DNA of 27,867 nucleotides from the IMG/VR virus record IMGVR_UViG_2526164662_000053; one strand, given 5' to 3'. Below the pieces are notes generated by a model. That model was not told the DNA's origin and searched no databases. It saw only the letters and a list, made by a program, of their open reading frames with translations. This DNA comes from a virus. Its lineage: Duplodnaviria > Heunggongvirae > Uroviricota > Caudoviricetes. A program made the position numbers and the translations under genes. Shown here in pieces: positions 27,037 through 27,867 of the stretch (position 1 is the stretch's first letter; each line of letters begins with the position of its first letter).

Positions 27037-27328
27037 CCGACCTCATCTATTTGATTAACTGTATGCCATCGTGGTGATGGCTTAACAGCTGCCTGCTTAA
27101 AATGTTTTGATAAAAAAACATTGACCTGAAAAGTTCATTTTTCTAAACTTCATTCATTCCCTCTCCCCACCCCACAGAATGCAGGGCAATACTTCGAGTT
27201 ACCAGGCAGTGGTCAGGGGTTAAGTAGCCAGCCCGAGGCGTAAGAACATGACGGCAGGGTTCAACTTTAATAACTATGCAGCAGGTTTTTGTTCCGCTAC
27301 CCCGGCGTTAAGGGGAAATGAGGTCAGC

Positions 27329-27481
27329 ATGGATACTATCGATCTTGGCAACAGCGAATCTCTGGTATGTGGCGTGTTCCCCAACCAGGACGGTACGTTC
27401 ACCGCGATGACGTATACCAAAAGCAAAACGTTTAAAACTGAAGCTGGCGCGCGTCGCTGGTTAACCAGAAACACTGACTGA
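27329..27481 (+). CDS. small protein (possibly YdfA-like)
   Basis: 50 aa from ATG at 27329 with GAGG SD; stop overlaps the next gene's ATG (TGATG); family call from memory. Confidence 0.4.
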   Translation: MDTIDLGNSESLVCGVFPNQDGTFTAMTYTKSKTFKTEAGARRWLTRNTD

Positions 27482-27867
27482 TGAGGTTGACGATGGAATT
27501 TAAAGATTTACCAGTACCATTCCAGGAAATGGCATCGAATGTGGTTCGCTCTCAACTGGCGACTCTTGACCTGAGTACCGTAGAAAAAGAAACCATCGAT
27601 ACTATATCCGGTAACGTGCGTCGTGCCTTTATCGGTCTGTACGAAGAGAAGCAGCTCTCTGATAACCAGGATTTACATGAAAAATACTTCATGGAATTAA
27701 TGGACATCATTAATAAAGGATTTGGCTTGTTAATGAAAAAGAAAGGGATTCGAATAGCTCCCCTTGAAAATCATTTTACAGCGAGCAGTATTAATTCCTG
27801 TGATTTAAAGCATCACACATCCGATGGGAAAGTTGAATCAAACAACAAAATATCAATTAATCATTAA
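27481..27867 (+). CDS. hypothetical protein
   Basis: 128 aa ORF coupled to the upstream small gene; ends with TAA at the window end. Confidence 0.4.
   Translation: MRLTMEFKDLPVPFQEMASNVVRSQLATLDLSTVEKETIDTISGNVRRAFIGLYEEKQLSDNQDLHEKYFMELMDIINKGFGLLMKKKGIRIAPLENHFTASSINSCDLKHHTSDGKVESNNKISINH

Overview
This window is a mosaic lambdoid (lambda/Qin-like) prophage segment from an Escherichia-type chromosome, encoded almost entirely on the minus strand in lambda order. Read from high to low coordinates: cI/cro immunity region, O-like replication gene with internal iterons, a foreign island, hok/IS186 cluster, ydfU-rusA-Q, late-control region with two tRNAs, NanS-p esterase, a split pinholin/SAR-endolysin/Rz/Rz1 lysis cassette, a lambda-type cos site, then Nu1-A-W-B-C-D-E head genes. 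The portal and large terminase are broken by multiple indels, so the prophage looks defective unless these are assembly errors. Two IS186 copies bracket a hokE-like locus next to a hokD-like locus. The most notable feature is an AT-rich island (about 20.9-23.9 kb) carrying an overlapping two-gene operon: a SMODS-type nucleotidyltransferase plus a SLATT-like two-helix membrane protein, flanked by an integrase remnant and a tRNA-Pro 3' fragment. I read this as a candidate nucleotide-signalling abortive-infection module. All protein identifications rest on recalled similarity and motifs, not on database searches.
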